In this document: piece by piece, positions 42,107 to 61,097 of the stretch | Layout of the letters: each line of letters begins with the position of its first letter | How positions within the stretch are numbered: position 1 is the stretch's first letter | NCBI RefSeq assembly: GCF_009914755.1 | Contig: NC_060947.1 | Source of the DNA: the human T2T-CHM13v2.0 reference genome, Homo sapiens | Strand: one strand, 5' to 3' | DNA: 64,000 bases | Notes under the pieces: generated by a model | What the model saw: the letters and a program-made list of their open reading frames with translations, nothing else | Database searches by the model: none | What the model was told of the DNA's origin: nothing | Program-made: the position numbers and the translations under genes

Positions 42107-43439
42107 CCCCTCACATTTTACCTTCAGATAGACAACACATATCACTACTGTCTTTTTGCTTTTCAGCTATTACTAAGTTGTATATTGAAAATATTTTTGC
42201 ACATTCTTGTGTACCTAGACAAAAACTGCCCTATCTACCCCAAACAAAAGGATCTGTGGAAAGAAATTATTTATCTGATGACAAATTTTTCCTCTATGAC
42301 AACTATCTGAATAAGCCTCACAAGTATGCTAGTTGATCAGTGTCTCACGGTGGCCTGTATTAACTGTCCTAGAGCTGCTGGTTACCATTGAAAAACCAAT
42401 GTTGCACTTTACATAAGCTCTCATCAGAGTCTTTTCCTCTGCCCTCCCCAAGTAAATCCCACTGTGAGGCCACTCCCATGCTGCATGCACAGTGGGATCA
42501 TTGCAAATTTCTACCCACTTCATGTCTCAGGAGAGGGGAAGGAAAGATCTTATGGCAAGAAATCGGAAGATTACAGTGATTTCAATATGAGAAGAACGTC
42601 TTCATTTCACTTCATTCAAAATCAAAATGTTGCTTATAATTTTCTATCAGCTTGATAACAATTCAGGCCCACAGTGAATTATAACAAGACATATATCTTG
42701 GGAAATATATCACTAAAATTCTGAAATAGATGGGTTCCACTGTTTTGTTACTCTACAGCACTTGCAAAATCGTCCTTGGTATCTAACAAACATGGATTCA
42801 ACATTTTTATGGCTTGTGAAATTAAATTCTCTATTTCATTTTAGAAGTTTGATATAATGAATTTCCAATAACAGCAGCAGGGCAAATTCCATCTGGAATT
42901 CCTTGTTATGTCCCTGAGAAGATGATTCAGTTTCACCCCTTGTGCCCCATGGTGGGGAATTCTTCATGGGATATTATACAAGAGGCTCAATATTTCGTTC
43001 CTTTTTTCTTTTAACAGCAAAGCATACATCAGTCTACTACCTTTGCAATATGTTTCCCAAGCAGACACATGAATGCAGCTTGCTTCTAAAAGAGGAGTGC
43101 CTTCATGTCCTTGTACCTTTCCCTGCAGCTTTATTACTGGTGAGATGTCAGCAACTAGCTTTTCACCAAAAGCAATGTTTAAAGTGAGACCTTTGCTATG
43201 TTAAGTTTTACAAACAGCTTTAATTTCCGATAGCTAATGTTAAGAGCTTGTGGTAAGGAAAAGAAAAGGGGAACTTGCGGAATTTCATATTTTGATCACT
43301 GCACAGGCATCAGGAAGATGTGTTCCTATGCCTTCTTCCTGCTCCTGGCTTTCTGCTTGTCACCTTGTAGTACAACCTCCTGTCTCTCTCCTCCATCGCT
43401 CCCTCATCTCCCCTGCCTCTGCCCTCTCTGTTTGCTGCC

Positions 43440-43440
<1 letters not shown>

Positions 43441-43489
<49 letters not shown>

Positions 43490-43500
43490 TATCTATCTAT
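43441..43500. repeat. (TCTA)n tetranucleotide STR
   Basis: 11 perfect TCTA units plus an imperfect tail. Confidence 0.95.
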
Positions 43501-43761
43501 CTCACTTTCTTTCTCTCTCTCCCCCCCTCTTTCCTGCATCGTTTCAGTCCTCCAACTGGCTTTTCATTCCATCCTTCTCCTATCCATGATTTCTCCTTCT
43601 GTATTCCAGGTTTGAGACTCTTTCATCACTTTGCTCTCCCACACACATCTCTGGCTGTTTCCCCACTACCGGGAAAGCCAACATGTGGGAAGATCATCAG
43701 TACATACACATATCCACCAGTCTCTCTGTCAGGCCATTCATTTTTTCCATTTGGTTTTTCA

Positions 43762-44250
43762 ACTCATTCATTCATTCACTCATTCATGCCTCCAATAAAC
43801 ATATTTGAGATTCTAATATATAATAGGCACTGGACTATGCAGGCCCTTAGGATATACAGTGGAGAAGAAAACAGACAATGATACTTTCACCCTGGGGCTT
43901 TCACTGCAATGGGGAGAGAGATGTTTCAAAAAGAATCCCTCTAAAACTATGTATCATTATGACATATACTGGGATAAATGGTATAGAGGAAGTTTCCAGA
44001 GCACTAAGAGAAAGTAAAAGAGAAAAAATAATTTAAATTGAGGGTGAAGTGCTTTGTGGCCAGAAAATGCTATCATGAAGAAGTGACATTTAAGCTGAGG
44101 ACTTGGAAATATGCATGAGGTAGACAGGTGAACAGCAAAGAGGGTTACCAGTTCAGGGGTATTGGAAGCAAAACTATAAAGTCAGTCACTAAAACCAACA
44201 AGCATGGCTTCAACAGGGGATTAAGAGAAGGTCAGAATAATTCAAGCAAG
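43762..44250 (-). mobile_element. L2 fragment
   Basis: CATTCATTCATTCA..AAACATATTTGAG..AGGCACTG (L2 3' end pattern). Confidence 0.6.
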
Positions 44251-44484
44251 GGGAGGGTGGGGATATGTTAGGGTCAGAGGGTTGAGAAAATCATTTCCAG
44301 CTCATATCACTGTTCTTGCCATTCTGTTAGGCAAGGCCCCCATCTTCTTGCCATTCATTTATTTGATCCTTTTTGTTTACATTCTCTACTCCCACTGTGC
44401 ACTGCTCATCTAAATGTACCATTCTAATATGTTTATTATTTATCATTTTTCTTATGTGATAAAAACACAAAATGTGAGCTTTGT

Positions 44485-50641
<6,157 letters not shown>

Positions 50642-50802
50642 GAGCTTTGTAGAGGCTAGCTATTTTTGAAAATTAAAAAAAGCAAAAACACATAATGTGT
50701 GACATGTGTTCTTGTTTTACGTAAGATTATTTTTAGATATATCATTATGCATATTATATAATATGATATATAGATAGATAGGGATATCCCATACTGTGTC
50801 TA

Positions 50803-51099
50803 TTTTTTATTTTTTTCGAGATAGGGTCTCACTCTGTCACCCAAGCTGCAGTGCAGTGGCATCTTCTTAGCTTACTGCAGCCCGGAACTCCTTGGCTCAA
50901 GTGATACTCCTGCCTCAGTCTCCCAAGTGGCTGGGACTGGAGGCATGCCCCATCACACCTGGCTAATTTTTAAATTTTTTATAGTGACTGGGGCTCACTA
51001 TGTTGGTGAGGTTGATCTTCAACTCCTGGCCTCAAGTGATCTTCCTGCCTCGCCCCCACAAAGTGCTGGGATAACAGGCGTGAGCCACCACGCCCGGCT
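50803..51099 (-). mobile_element. AluJ-like
   Basis: GAGATAGGGTCTCACTCTGTCACC..CTTGGCTCAAGTGAT..GTGAGCCACCACGCCCGG. Confidence 0.88.
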
Positions 51100-51104
51100 T
51101 CTTT

Positions 51105-52090
51105 ACATCTTTATTAATTATAATCGACATATGTTAGACTGAGCATATTTAACATATATGATCTAATAAGTTTTGGTATCACACCTGTGAAACAATCATT
51201 ATAGTAATGATAATGAACACCTGTATTACAAACAAAAATATATCCTCGGGCTCCTTTGAAATTCCAGAATTTTAATAAACGTAATCTTACTCCCTGCACC
51301 CTTTTTTTTTGGTTTAGCTTCTTTCAGAGAGCATATTTTCAGATGCGTTTATGTTGTCATAAGTATCAACAATTCATTTCTTTTTAATGCGCTGTAGTAT
51401 TCCGTTGTATGGACATAGCACAATTTCATAATTCATCTCCCTGTTGATGGACACTTGGGTTGTCTTCAGGCTTTTGGCTATTACAAATAAATTTGCTATG
51501 AATATTCATAAACAAGTAATCATATGAAAATATATTTTCTTTTCTCCTGTGTATGTCTTGGAGTGGAATGGCTGGTTTATGGGAGGTGAATATTTAACTG
51601 GGTAAGCGACTACCAAACCAATTTCCGAAGTGTTTCCATCATTCAGAAGTTCCACATCATTGCTAGCACTGGGTATAATCAGTTATTTTAATTTCAATCA
51701 TGCTCATGTATCTACGACAGTATTTAAATTTGATTTTAATCTGCATTTCCTGAATGATAAATGATGGTATCTTTTTGTGTGGTTGTTAGCCATCTGTGTA
51801 TCTTCTTTGGTGAGGTAGTCTGTTGAAGTCTTTTCTCCATATTTATAGTTGAGTATTTGCCTTCTTATAATTGAGTTATAAGACTTCTTTATAGTCTAGA
51901 AGTGTCCTGTGTTGGATATAGATATATGAATTCTAAATATTTTATCACAGAGTGTGGATTTCTCTTTCAATTTCAAAAGAATGCCTTTTAAAGGCCAAAA
52001 ACTTTAATTGTGGTGGAATCAAATGTATTAATTTTTCTTCTTTTATAGTTTGTGGTTTGGGTGTCTCATTTTGAAAATCTTTGCCAAAAC
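51105..52090 (-). mobile_element. Ancient L1M 3' fragment
   Basis: CCTGTTGATGGACACTTGGGTTG.., TTTAATCTGCATTTCCTGAATG. Confidence 0.65.
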
Positions 52091-52119
52091 CAAAAAGATG
52101 AAGAAAGTTGTAATTTCCT

Positions 52120-55100
52120 CAAAGAGGGCATTACATAAGGGTAAAGGGTTCAATTCAACAAGAAGGCTTAGCAATCCTAAATATATATGCACCCAACAAT
52201 AGGAGCACTGGCACCTAACAACAGGATCATTCAGATTCATAAAACAAGTTCTTAGAGACTGACAGAGGGTCTTAGATAACCACAAAATAATGGTGGGAGA
52301 CTTCAACACCCCACTGACAGTATTAGACAGATCATCAGGCAGAAAACTAACAAAGTTATCCGGGATCTGAACAGTATGCTTGACCACATAGACTGAACAG
52401 ACTATTCTACAGGACTCTACACCCCAAAACAACAGTATCTACATTCTTCTCATCTGCACATGAAACATACTGTAAAACTGAGCACACAATTGGCCATAAA
52501 TCAATTTTCAGCAAAATAAAAACAAACCGAAAAATTACCAACCACCCTCTCAGACCACAATACAATAAAAACAGAAATCAATACTAAGAAGATCATTTAA
52601 AACCATACAATAACAAGGATATTAAACAAACTGCTCCTGAGTGACTTTTGGGTAAACAATGAAATTAAGGCAGAAATCAAGAAATTCTTTGAGATTAATG
52701 AAAACAAAGCTACCACATACCAGAATCTCTGGGACACTGCTAAAGCAGTGTTAAGAGGAAAGTTTTTAGTGCAAAATGCCCATGTCAAAAACTTAGAAAG
52801 ATCTCAAATTAATAATCTAACATCATACCTAGAGGAACTAGAAAAACAAGAGCAAGCCAACCCCAAAGCTAGCAGAAAACAAGAAGTAACAAAAATCAGA
52901 ACTTAACTGAATGAATTTAAGTTGCAAAAAACCATACAAAAGATCAATGAAACCAGGTGTTGGTTATTTGAAAGAAAAAATAAGACTGATAAACCCCTAT
53001 CTAGACTAATTTTTAAAAAAAAGAGAGAAGATCCTAATAAACACACTCAGAAATGACACAGTGGACATTACCACCAACCCCAGAGAAGTACCGAAAAACC
53101 CCAGAGACTGTTATGAACACCTGTATAGACACAAACTAGAAAACCTACAAGAAATCAATAAATTCCTCCCAAATCAATCAAATACACCCTCCCAAGATGG
53201 AGCCAGGAAGAAATTGGTTCCTGAACACACCAATAATGAGCTCTGAAATTGATTCAGTAATAAATAGCCTAACAACAAGAACAACAACAAAACAACTACA
53301 ACAACAACAAGAAAAAAGGACCCGAGGAATTCACAGCTAATTCTACCAGATGTACAAAGAAGAGCTGGTGCTATTCCTACAGAAACTATTCCAAAAAAAA
53401 AAAAAAAAAAAAACTGAGGAGGAGGGACTTCTCCCCAACTCATTCTATGAGGCCAGCATCATTTTGATACCAAAATCTGGCAGAGACACACACACAACAA
53501 AAGAAAACTTCAGGCCAATATCCTTGATGAACATCGATGCGAAAATCCTCAACAAAATACTGGCAATCCGAACCTAGCTGCACATCAAAAAGCTAATCCA
53601 CCACGATCAAGTAGGCTCCATCCCCGGGATGCAAGTTTGGTTCAACATACGGAAATCAATAAATGTGATTCATCATATACACAGATCTAAAGACAAAAAA
53701 CGTATGGTGATCTCAATAGATGCAGAAAAGGCTTTTGATAAAAGTTAACATCTCTTCATGGTAAAAACTCTCGATAAACTCAATATTGAAGGAACATACC
53801 TCAAAATAATGAAAATCCATCTGTGACAAACCCACGCCAATATCATACTGAATGGGCAAAAGCTGGACGCATTCTCCTTGTAAACCGGCACAAGACAAGG
53901 TTGCCCTCTCTCATTACTCCTACTCAACATTGTACTGGAAGACCTGGTCAGGGCGACCAGGCAAGAGAAATAAATAAAGTGTATCCAAATAGGAAGAAAG
54001 GAAGCCAAACCACCTCTGTTTGCAGATGACATGATTCTATATCTAGAAAACCCCATAGTCTTGGCCAAAAAGCTCCTTCAGCTGATAAACGACTTGAGCG
54101 AAGTTGTAGGATACACAATCAATGTACAAAGATCACTAGCATTCCTATACACCACCACCAACCAAACTGAGAGCCAAATCAGAAAGGCAATCCCATTCCC
54201 AATTGCCACACACACAAAAATAAAACACCTAGGAATACAGCTAACCAGGAAGGTGAAAGATCTCCACAATGAGAATTACAAAACACTGCTCAAAGAAATC
54301 AGAGCAGACATGAACATATGGAAAAACATCCCATGCTCATGGATAGGAAGAACCAATATCATTAAAGTGGCTACACTACCTAAAGCAATTTATAGATTCA
54401 ATGCTATTCCCATCGAACTACCAAGGACATTCTTCACAGAGCTAGAAACAATTATTTAAAAATGTACATGGAACCAGAAAAGGAGCCCGGATAGCCAAGG
54501 CAATCGTAAGCTAAAAGAACTATACTGCAAGGCTACAATGACCAAAACAGCATGGTACTGGTACTGGCACAAAAACAGGCACATAGACCAATGGAACAGA
54601 ATAGAGAGGCCATAAATAATGTCGCACATCTACAACCAGCTTTTTTCTTTTTTTTTTTTTGACAAAGCTGACAAAAACAAGCGGTGGGAAAAAGACTCCA
54701 TATTCTATCAATGGTGCTGTGATAACTGGCTAGCCGTATGCAGAGGATTGAAGCTGGACCCCTTCCTTACACTATCTACAAAAATCCACATGAGATGGAT
54801 TAAAGGCTTTAATGTAAAACCCAACACCATAAAAACCCTGGAAGACAACCTAGGCAATACCATCCTGGACATAGGAGCAGGCAAAGATCTCACGACAGAG
54901 GCACCAAAAGCAATCACAGCAAGAGTAAAAATTGACACATGGGATCTAATTAAACTTAGAGCTTCTGCACAGCAAAAGAAACTATCAACAGAGTAAACAG
55001 ACAACCTACAAAGTGGGAGAAAATTTTTGCAACACTATTCATCTAACAGAGGTCTGATATCCAGCATCTATAAAAAGCCTAAACAAATGCACAAGAGAAA

Positions 55101-55953
55101 AACAAACAACCCCATTAATAAGGGGGCAAATGACATGAACAGACACTTCTCAAAAGAAGACATACATGTAGCCAAGAAGTATATGAAAAACAGCTCAATA
55201 TCACTGATCATTAGAGAAATGCAAATCAAAACCACAATGAGATACCATCCCATAACAGTCAGAATGGCTGTTACTAAAAACAAAAAATAGCAGATGCTGG
55301 CGAGGTTGCCAAGAAAAGGAAACCCATATACACGGTTGGCGGGAGTGTACATTAGCTCAACCATTGTGGAAAGCAGTATCGCAATTCCTCAAAGAGCTAA
55401 AAGCAGAACTACCATTTGACCCAGCAATCCCATTACTGGGTATAGAGCCAGAGGAATATAAAGCATTCTACCATAAAGACACATGCACCTGGACTATTCA
55501 CTGCAGCACTGTTCACAAGAGCAAAAACGTGGAATCAACATAAATGCCCATCAATGACAGACTGGATACGGAAAATGTGGTGCATATACACCATGGAATA
55601 TTATGCAGCCATAAAGAAGAACAAGGCCGTGTCTTTTGTGGGAACAGGCATGGAGCTGGAGGCTATAAGCTCAGCAAACTAACGCAGGAACAGAAAAGCA
55701 AATCCCACATGTTCTCACTTAGAATTGGGAGCTAAATGATAAGAACTTATGAACACAAAGAAGGAAACAACAGACACTGGGGTCTCCTTAAGGGGGAGGG
55801 TGGGATGACGGAGAGGAGCAGAAAAGAGATAACTCTTGGATAGTGAGTTCAATACCTGGGTGATGTAGTCATGTGTGCAACGAACCCCCGTGACACGTGT
55901 TTATCTATGTAACAAACCTTCACATGTACCCCCAAACATAAAAGTTTTAAAAA
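52120..55953 (+). mobile_element. 5'-truncated L1 (L1PA12-13/L1PB-like)
   Basis: ORF2 fragments ([10 protein letters not shown].. 54031-54459), 3'UTR GGAGAGGAGCAGAAAAG..AATACCTGGGTGATG, A-rich end. Confidence 0.88.
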
Positions 55954-56963
55954 ATATTACAGTGCAAGTCTATTGATGATCAATTCTTTCAACTTCTGTA
56001 TGTCTAAACACCTACTATTTTAACTTCATTTGAAAAGATATTCATTGAGTATAGACTTAAGAGTTGACATTTATTTTTATTTCACGATTTTAAAGATGGT
56101 GTGCCACATGACTTCTGACTTGCATATTGCTAATGAGAAATGTGCTGTCATTCTTCTCTTTGGACATCTAAATGTTTCTTATGGTTTTCTTCTGATTTTC
56201 TAGTTACTTAGGAGAAAGGGTAAATCTCTGGGCGAGCAGATAGGTAAAATGTCAGGAATGCACACCATGGATTCTCTGTGCATAGCACCTTGGACATACT
56301 TTAGATTATGCGTGGCAACGTGGAGGCCTCCTGAAAGCACAGGGCTCAGTGAAAAGAAAATTAAGAAATCCGGTGGATACTTGTATTTCCAGCCATGATG
56401 GATTAACAGGAACCGGACTTACCGTCTCGCCTAAATACCTATAAACCAAAAAAATTATAAGGCTTAACGTCATGGCACCACCTGCATACGGGACAGTGAT
56501 CCCTGAGAGAAAGGGAACCTGACCAGGTGAGCCCTCTGATCGCCCAATTCCACCAACTTCTTGCCCGGATAGAGTTTGCAGGCTGCAGCACAGGGGAGCT
56601 GAACACAACAGAGCCCGGTGGACCGTCTGAGTGAAGGAGACAGAGTTGAGAGCTCAAGAGGTCCATAGGACCAGAATTTGCCGGGAGTAATGGAGAGAAG
56701 ACAGCTGCACAGAGAGGCAGCTCTGGAGACCCTTCAGAGCTTGCCCTTCTGGATGCAGCGTATCAGAAACGGGGAGTGGTGATCGATGACTCCCAGTTTC
56801 TGGAGTGAGTGGTTGTGTGGATAATGGCGCCATTTACTGAGACTGTGAAGATGGGTTGGGGGGGGGGGGAACAGGAGCGATGGGGATGTGTGAGTGTATG
56901 GGAGGAGTGAGTATACCAAGTGACCAGTTTTGGACAGGCAAACCATGAAGAGCCCTTGAGACT

Positions 56964-57476
56964 TCCAAGTGGAGATGCCACGTAGGTGGGTGAATGTATG
57001 TACTTGGACCTCAAAAGTGAAGTTCAGACTGGGGTTGTAGATTTTTTGGAGTGATTAGCACGTAGCACTTTCTGAAGGCTTTCGTTTGTAGGGTGTGTTC
57101 CTCTCCCGCAGAGGATATGTTACAGGGGAAGGGCTAAAGAGGCACAAGCAGCTGACAGGAGAGATTGATATATAACAGCTGGAGAAAACCACAGAGCCAG
57201 GCAGAATGGATACTGGTCAGCGGAGAGTAAAAGCTGCTGTCCTAGCAATACCTTCCATTCATACACAGGGGTCCTGGTGAGGCTGACATAAAAACAAATA
57301 TAAAAATCTACTACGAATTTTACAAACAGTCCAGGTTCGACTGCAGATGAGACCACAGCATTTTCTGCCTCAAAAGACATCCAAGTGGAGATGTCACGTA
57401 GGCAGGTGAATGTACTATGCACTTGGACCTCAAAAGTGAAGTTTGAACTGGGCTTGTAGATTGTGGAGTAATTAGC
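56964..57476 (+). repeat. ~97-bp direct repeat pair (56964-57059 and 57380-57476), L2-like
   Basis: TCCAAGTGGAGATG.CACGTAGG...GTGAATGTA..ACTTGGACCTCAAAAGTGAAGTT...GTAGATT..GGAGT.ATTAGC occurs twice. Confidence 0.85.
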
Positions 57477-57809
57477 TCAGACACACAGGTGTCTAATTGT
57501 CCTGGCGGACACCAGGAGGGTCTCAGCGGCAGCGTGATTGTATCGCTGATAAGGAAGAGGCCTGACAATCTGAGTAGAGAGTGGACCCGGTGGAGCAATT
57601 CTCATACCTGGATGGACCCACATAGAGCCGCAGAGGCTGGGGGCGAGGCGGGGGGAGGCTCTGTCTCCCTGTGTCCTGAATGCGGAGCATGAACTTAGGC
57701 CTTCTACAGCACAAACCTTGCTTCTTTGGGACAGATGTTGGGGTGGGGGAGGCCTGTCACTCAGACGGAGGAGGCGGTGCCTCTGTCCCCAGGCCAGCAG
57801 GAGCAGGAG

Positions 57810-57962
57810 GTGGACTTTGGAGTCCGGAAGACCCAGGTTCAAATTTTGCATTTTCTGTTTCCTGGCTCTGTGGTCTAGTTCATGCAATGTGTCTGTGCCT
57901 CAGCTTCCTGACACGCCAAATGGGGATGCTGACATCCACTTCCCAGCGCTGCTGTGAGAGGA
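57810..57962 (+). mobile_element. MIR fragment
   Basis: GACTTTGGAGTC..CCAGGTTCAAAT..TCTGTGCCTCAGCTTCC..AAATGGGGAT. Confidence 0.7.
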
Positions 57963-58319
57963 AGAAAAGCCCCAGCACAGATCCCTCTGTGACATACAAG
58001 CTGCATAAAGGGTAGCTGAGGAAGCAGATGTTCCCAGTATGTCTGGGGGCCAGAGAGTTGGCTAGTGGAGAAGCACACAAAGCGAAGTGCCATCCTCTGG
58101 CCATGTCCATTTCGTAGCCCCGCAGGTTGAGGATTTCCACTTGTTGCAGTTAGAGACCCAGCTTATTAATTGTGAGACCTCACTAATTGTGACCTAAGGG
58201 GTCTTGCCGGGGAAACGGGGCATAGTGTATCCCAGACCAGGCTGGAGGAGTTTGGGTGAAAGGGCAGGGCAGGACAGAGAAGCATTGTGCAAAAGTGGGG
58301 GGACTGAGAAGAGATGATT

Positions 58320-58664
58320 GGGTGGGTCGAGCTGCACTGCTGGGTATGAGTGTGCGCGCCCGCGGTAGGAGGAGGAGGAGAGGTGAAGTGGATCTGGCGG
58401 GAAGAGCCCCCCGCACCCTACCTTCGACCCCACCGCCCACCCACCCGCGGAATCGCATGCGCACTGGAGACCTGGAGGAAAGGGCTTTTGTTGGGAAAGC
58501 GGGCGGGCTGGAGGGGTCCGCGCATGCGCAGGCTACCCAGCCGCGGGGGGTGCACGGAGAAAAGGGGCGGGGTGGTCCGGGCTGCTGTGCTGGCAGCAGT
58601 AGGCGAGGGCGCGGCTGCGGGGTTCCTGGTGCTGAGGACGGACGCCATTGGAGTTCCCGAGAAG
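58320..58664 (+). promoter_or_regulatory. MAGED4: CpG-island promoter with two NRF1-type sites and GC boxes; non-coding exon 1 (~58575-58664)
   Basis: CGCATGCGCA 58454-58463, GCGCATGCGCA 58520-58530, GGGCGGG 58501, GGGGCGGGG 58564, YY1-like CGCCATT ~58643, donor AAG|GTAAGG after 58664. TSS position is approximate. Confidence 0.75.
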
Positions 58665-59621
58665 GTAAGGATCCAGCCCCAGACAGGACCGGGAGAGGGC
58701 GAGTGGAACCCGACACGCTGCGCCCTCCCTCCGCCTCCGGATCTGAACAAAGCCCAAGCACTCAGAACCGGAACCCCATTAGACCCAAGGTCTAGATAGG
58801 AGCCCCCATCACCATCAGACCCAGGCGCCCCGATCTGAGCCCTACTGAAACCGGAGCCCAGGATCCTCACCCCTTTAGCAGACCCGTGTGCTCCGAGCTG
58901 AGCTCCCTTGGACCTGAGGCCCCACCCCCACCCCAACCACTCCTAGATTACTCGAACCGAGCTGACCGCTTGCCCCCTTCCTGGAGTGCCCAGTCCTCGC
59001 GTTTGAGATCTGCAGCGCTCCGATTGGAGCCTCACCTAGGTCTGAGGCCCCCACTCCATCCGCCTCTAGTGCTCGAGTCTGAGCCCCACCTAGGCCCCCC
59101 GCCCGGACCTAGCCAAAGGTCCCTGGGGTTCTGTTTCGCAGAGCTTGCGGCTTGCCACTGTCCCTGTTGTCTGAGCTCTCCCATCTGCTCCCCCTTCATC
59201 CCGGTCCCCTTCTCTGGCCCGTAAATCCAAACCCTTTGTTTCTCTCTTCCCCAATGCATTCCCTTTGGGACTCTTCGGACCCCAGCCCTCCAGAACACCC
59301 CCTCGTCAAATCTAGCCGCTGGGATGGCGAGCCTGCCCATCCTAAACTCCGCTTTCAGTGCGGCGCCTCCTGCGACCTCCTCTGTCCCTTTCCTTGGGCT
59401 CTGTCCCTGACCAGGTCTACCCCATCAGAAAGCCAAACCGTCTCCCCCCCGCTCCTCCTCCCCCCCCCCGCCCCCTACTGCCTAATATTGCCTAGTAACC
59501 TGATGATTGTCGCCCCTCACCTCCCGGGAGATCCCGCCTCCCATTGGATCCCGCCCCCTCCCCCTGCAGCTGCTTCACCCTCCCTCTCAGGCTGAGCTCT
59601 CATCTCCCTGGGACCCGCAGC

Positions 59622-59831
59622 ATGGCTGAGGGAAGCTTCAGCGTGCAATCGGAAAGCTACAGTGTTGAAGACATGGATGAGGGTAGCGACGAAGTCGGGG
59701 AGGAAGAGATGGTTGAAGGCAACGACTATGAAGAATTCGGTGCGTTTGGTGGCTATGGCACCCTCACCAGCTTTGACATCCATATCCTCAGAGCCTTCGG
59801 AAGCTTGGGTCCAGGCCTTCGCATCTTATCG
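59622..59831 (+). CDS. MAGED4: MAGED4/MAGED4B first coding exon (exon starts 59591)
   Basis: Kozak AGCATGG; MAEGSFSVQSESYSVEDMDEGSDEV..LRILS; donor TCG|GTGAGG. MAGED4 and MAGED4B cannot be told apart here. Confidence 0.93.
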
Positions 59832-60095
59832 GTGAGGCCCCTTCCTGGACACCTGCTGGCCTGGGCCTTTCCCCTGTGAATGGGGGAGGGAGGAGGGGGG
59901 AGCCAGGAGGGTTGTGTGGGAAAGGACTGCCCAGCTTCCCAAGCCTTCCCTCCCCTGCTCGGAAGAAGAAGATTTGGGAAGGTCTTGGGGTGTTCAGGGC
60001 TGACTGCTGGGAAGAGGCTGGCCAGCACAGGGAAGCTAACACAAGTATGTCGTCGAGTGGCCTGCCTTCCCCAACCCCTCTCTCTGGCCTTGCAG

Positions 60096-60929
60096 AATGA
60101 GCCCTGGGAACTGGAAAACCCTGTGCTGGCCCAGACCCTGGTGGAGGCATTGCAGCTGGATCCGGAAACACTTGCCAATGAGACGGCCGCCCGTGCTGCC
60201 AACGTAGCCCGCGCCGCCGCCTCCAACCGTGCGGCTCGGGCCGCTGCCGCCGCTGCCCGTACCGCCTTCAGTCAGGTGGTCGCTAGCCACCGGGTGGCCA
60301 CGCCGCAGGTCTCAGGAGAGGATACCCAGCCCACGACCTACGCCGCCGAGGCTCAGGGGCCCACCCCTGAGCCACCCCTTGCTTCTCCGCAGACCTCCCA
60401 GATGTTAGTCACCAGTAAGATGGCTGCCCCCGAGGCTCCGGCAACCTCCGCACAGTCCCAGACAGGCTCCCCGGCCCAGGAGGCTGCTACTGAGGGCCCT
60501 AGTAGCGCCTGTGCTTTCTCTCAGGCTCCGTGTGCCAGGGAGGTGGACGCCAACCGGCCCAGCACAGCCTTCCTGGGCCAGAATGATGTCTTCGATTTCA
60601 CTCAGCCGGCAGGTGTCAGTGGCATGGCCTTCCCGCGCCCCAAGAGACCTGCCCCAGCCCAAGAGGCTGCCACAGAGGGCCCCAGTGCTGCCTCTGGTGT
60701 GCCCCAGACGGGACCTGGCAGGGAGGTGGCAGCCACCCGGCCCAAGACCACCAAGTCGGGGAAGGCGCTGGCCAAGACTCGGTGGGTGGAGCCTCAGAAT
60801 GTTGTGGCAGCAGCTGCTGCCAAGGCCAAGATGGCCACGAGCATCCCTGAGCCGGAGGGTGCAGCTGCTGCCACTGCTCAGCACAGTGCTGAGCCCTGGG
60901 CCAGGATGGGAGGCAAGAGGACCAAGAAG
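60096..60929 (+). CDS. MAGED4: MAGED4 large Ala/Pro-rich exon (834 nt)
   Basis: TGCAG|AATGAG..NEPWELENPVL..GGKRTKK|GTGAGA; phase 0. Confidence 0.93.
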
Positions 60930-60949
60930 GTGAGATCCCCCTGCCCCCT

Positions 60950-61097
60950 GCCACCTCCACACCCCCTTGCTCCTGTCCTTTCCTTCTCCTCCCTTTCCTG
61001 CTCCTCTCCTCCCTCTCCTCTCCCCCTTCTTCCTCTCTTCTCCTCTTTCCCCTCCTTCTCTCCTCACCTCCCCTCTCCTCCCCTCCTCTCCTCTCAG
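60950..61097 (+). repeat. Long polypyrimidine (CCT/CT) tract in intron 3
   Basis: About 150 nt almost entirely C/T. Confidence 0.85.

Noticed and set aside
42329-42523. Minus-strand 64-aa ORF as a possible exon or pseudogene
   Set aside because: No recognisable homology or clear splice signals.
43237-43881. 214-aa ORF
   Set aside because: Runs through (TCTA)n and CT-rich low-complexity sequence into an L2 remnant.
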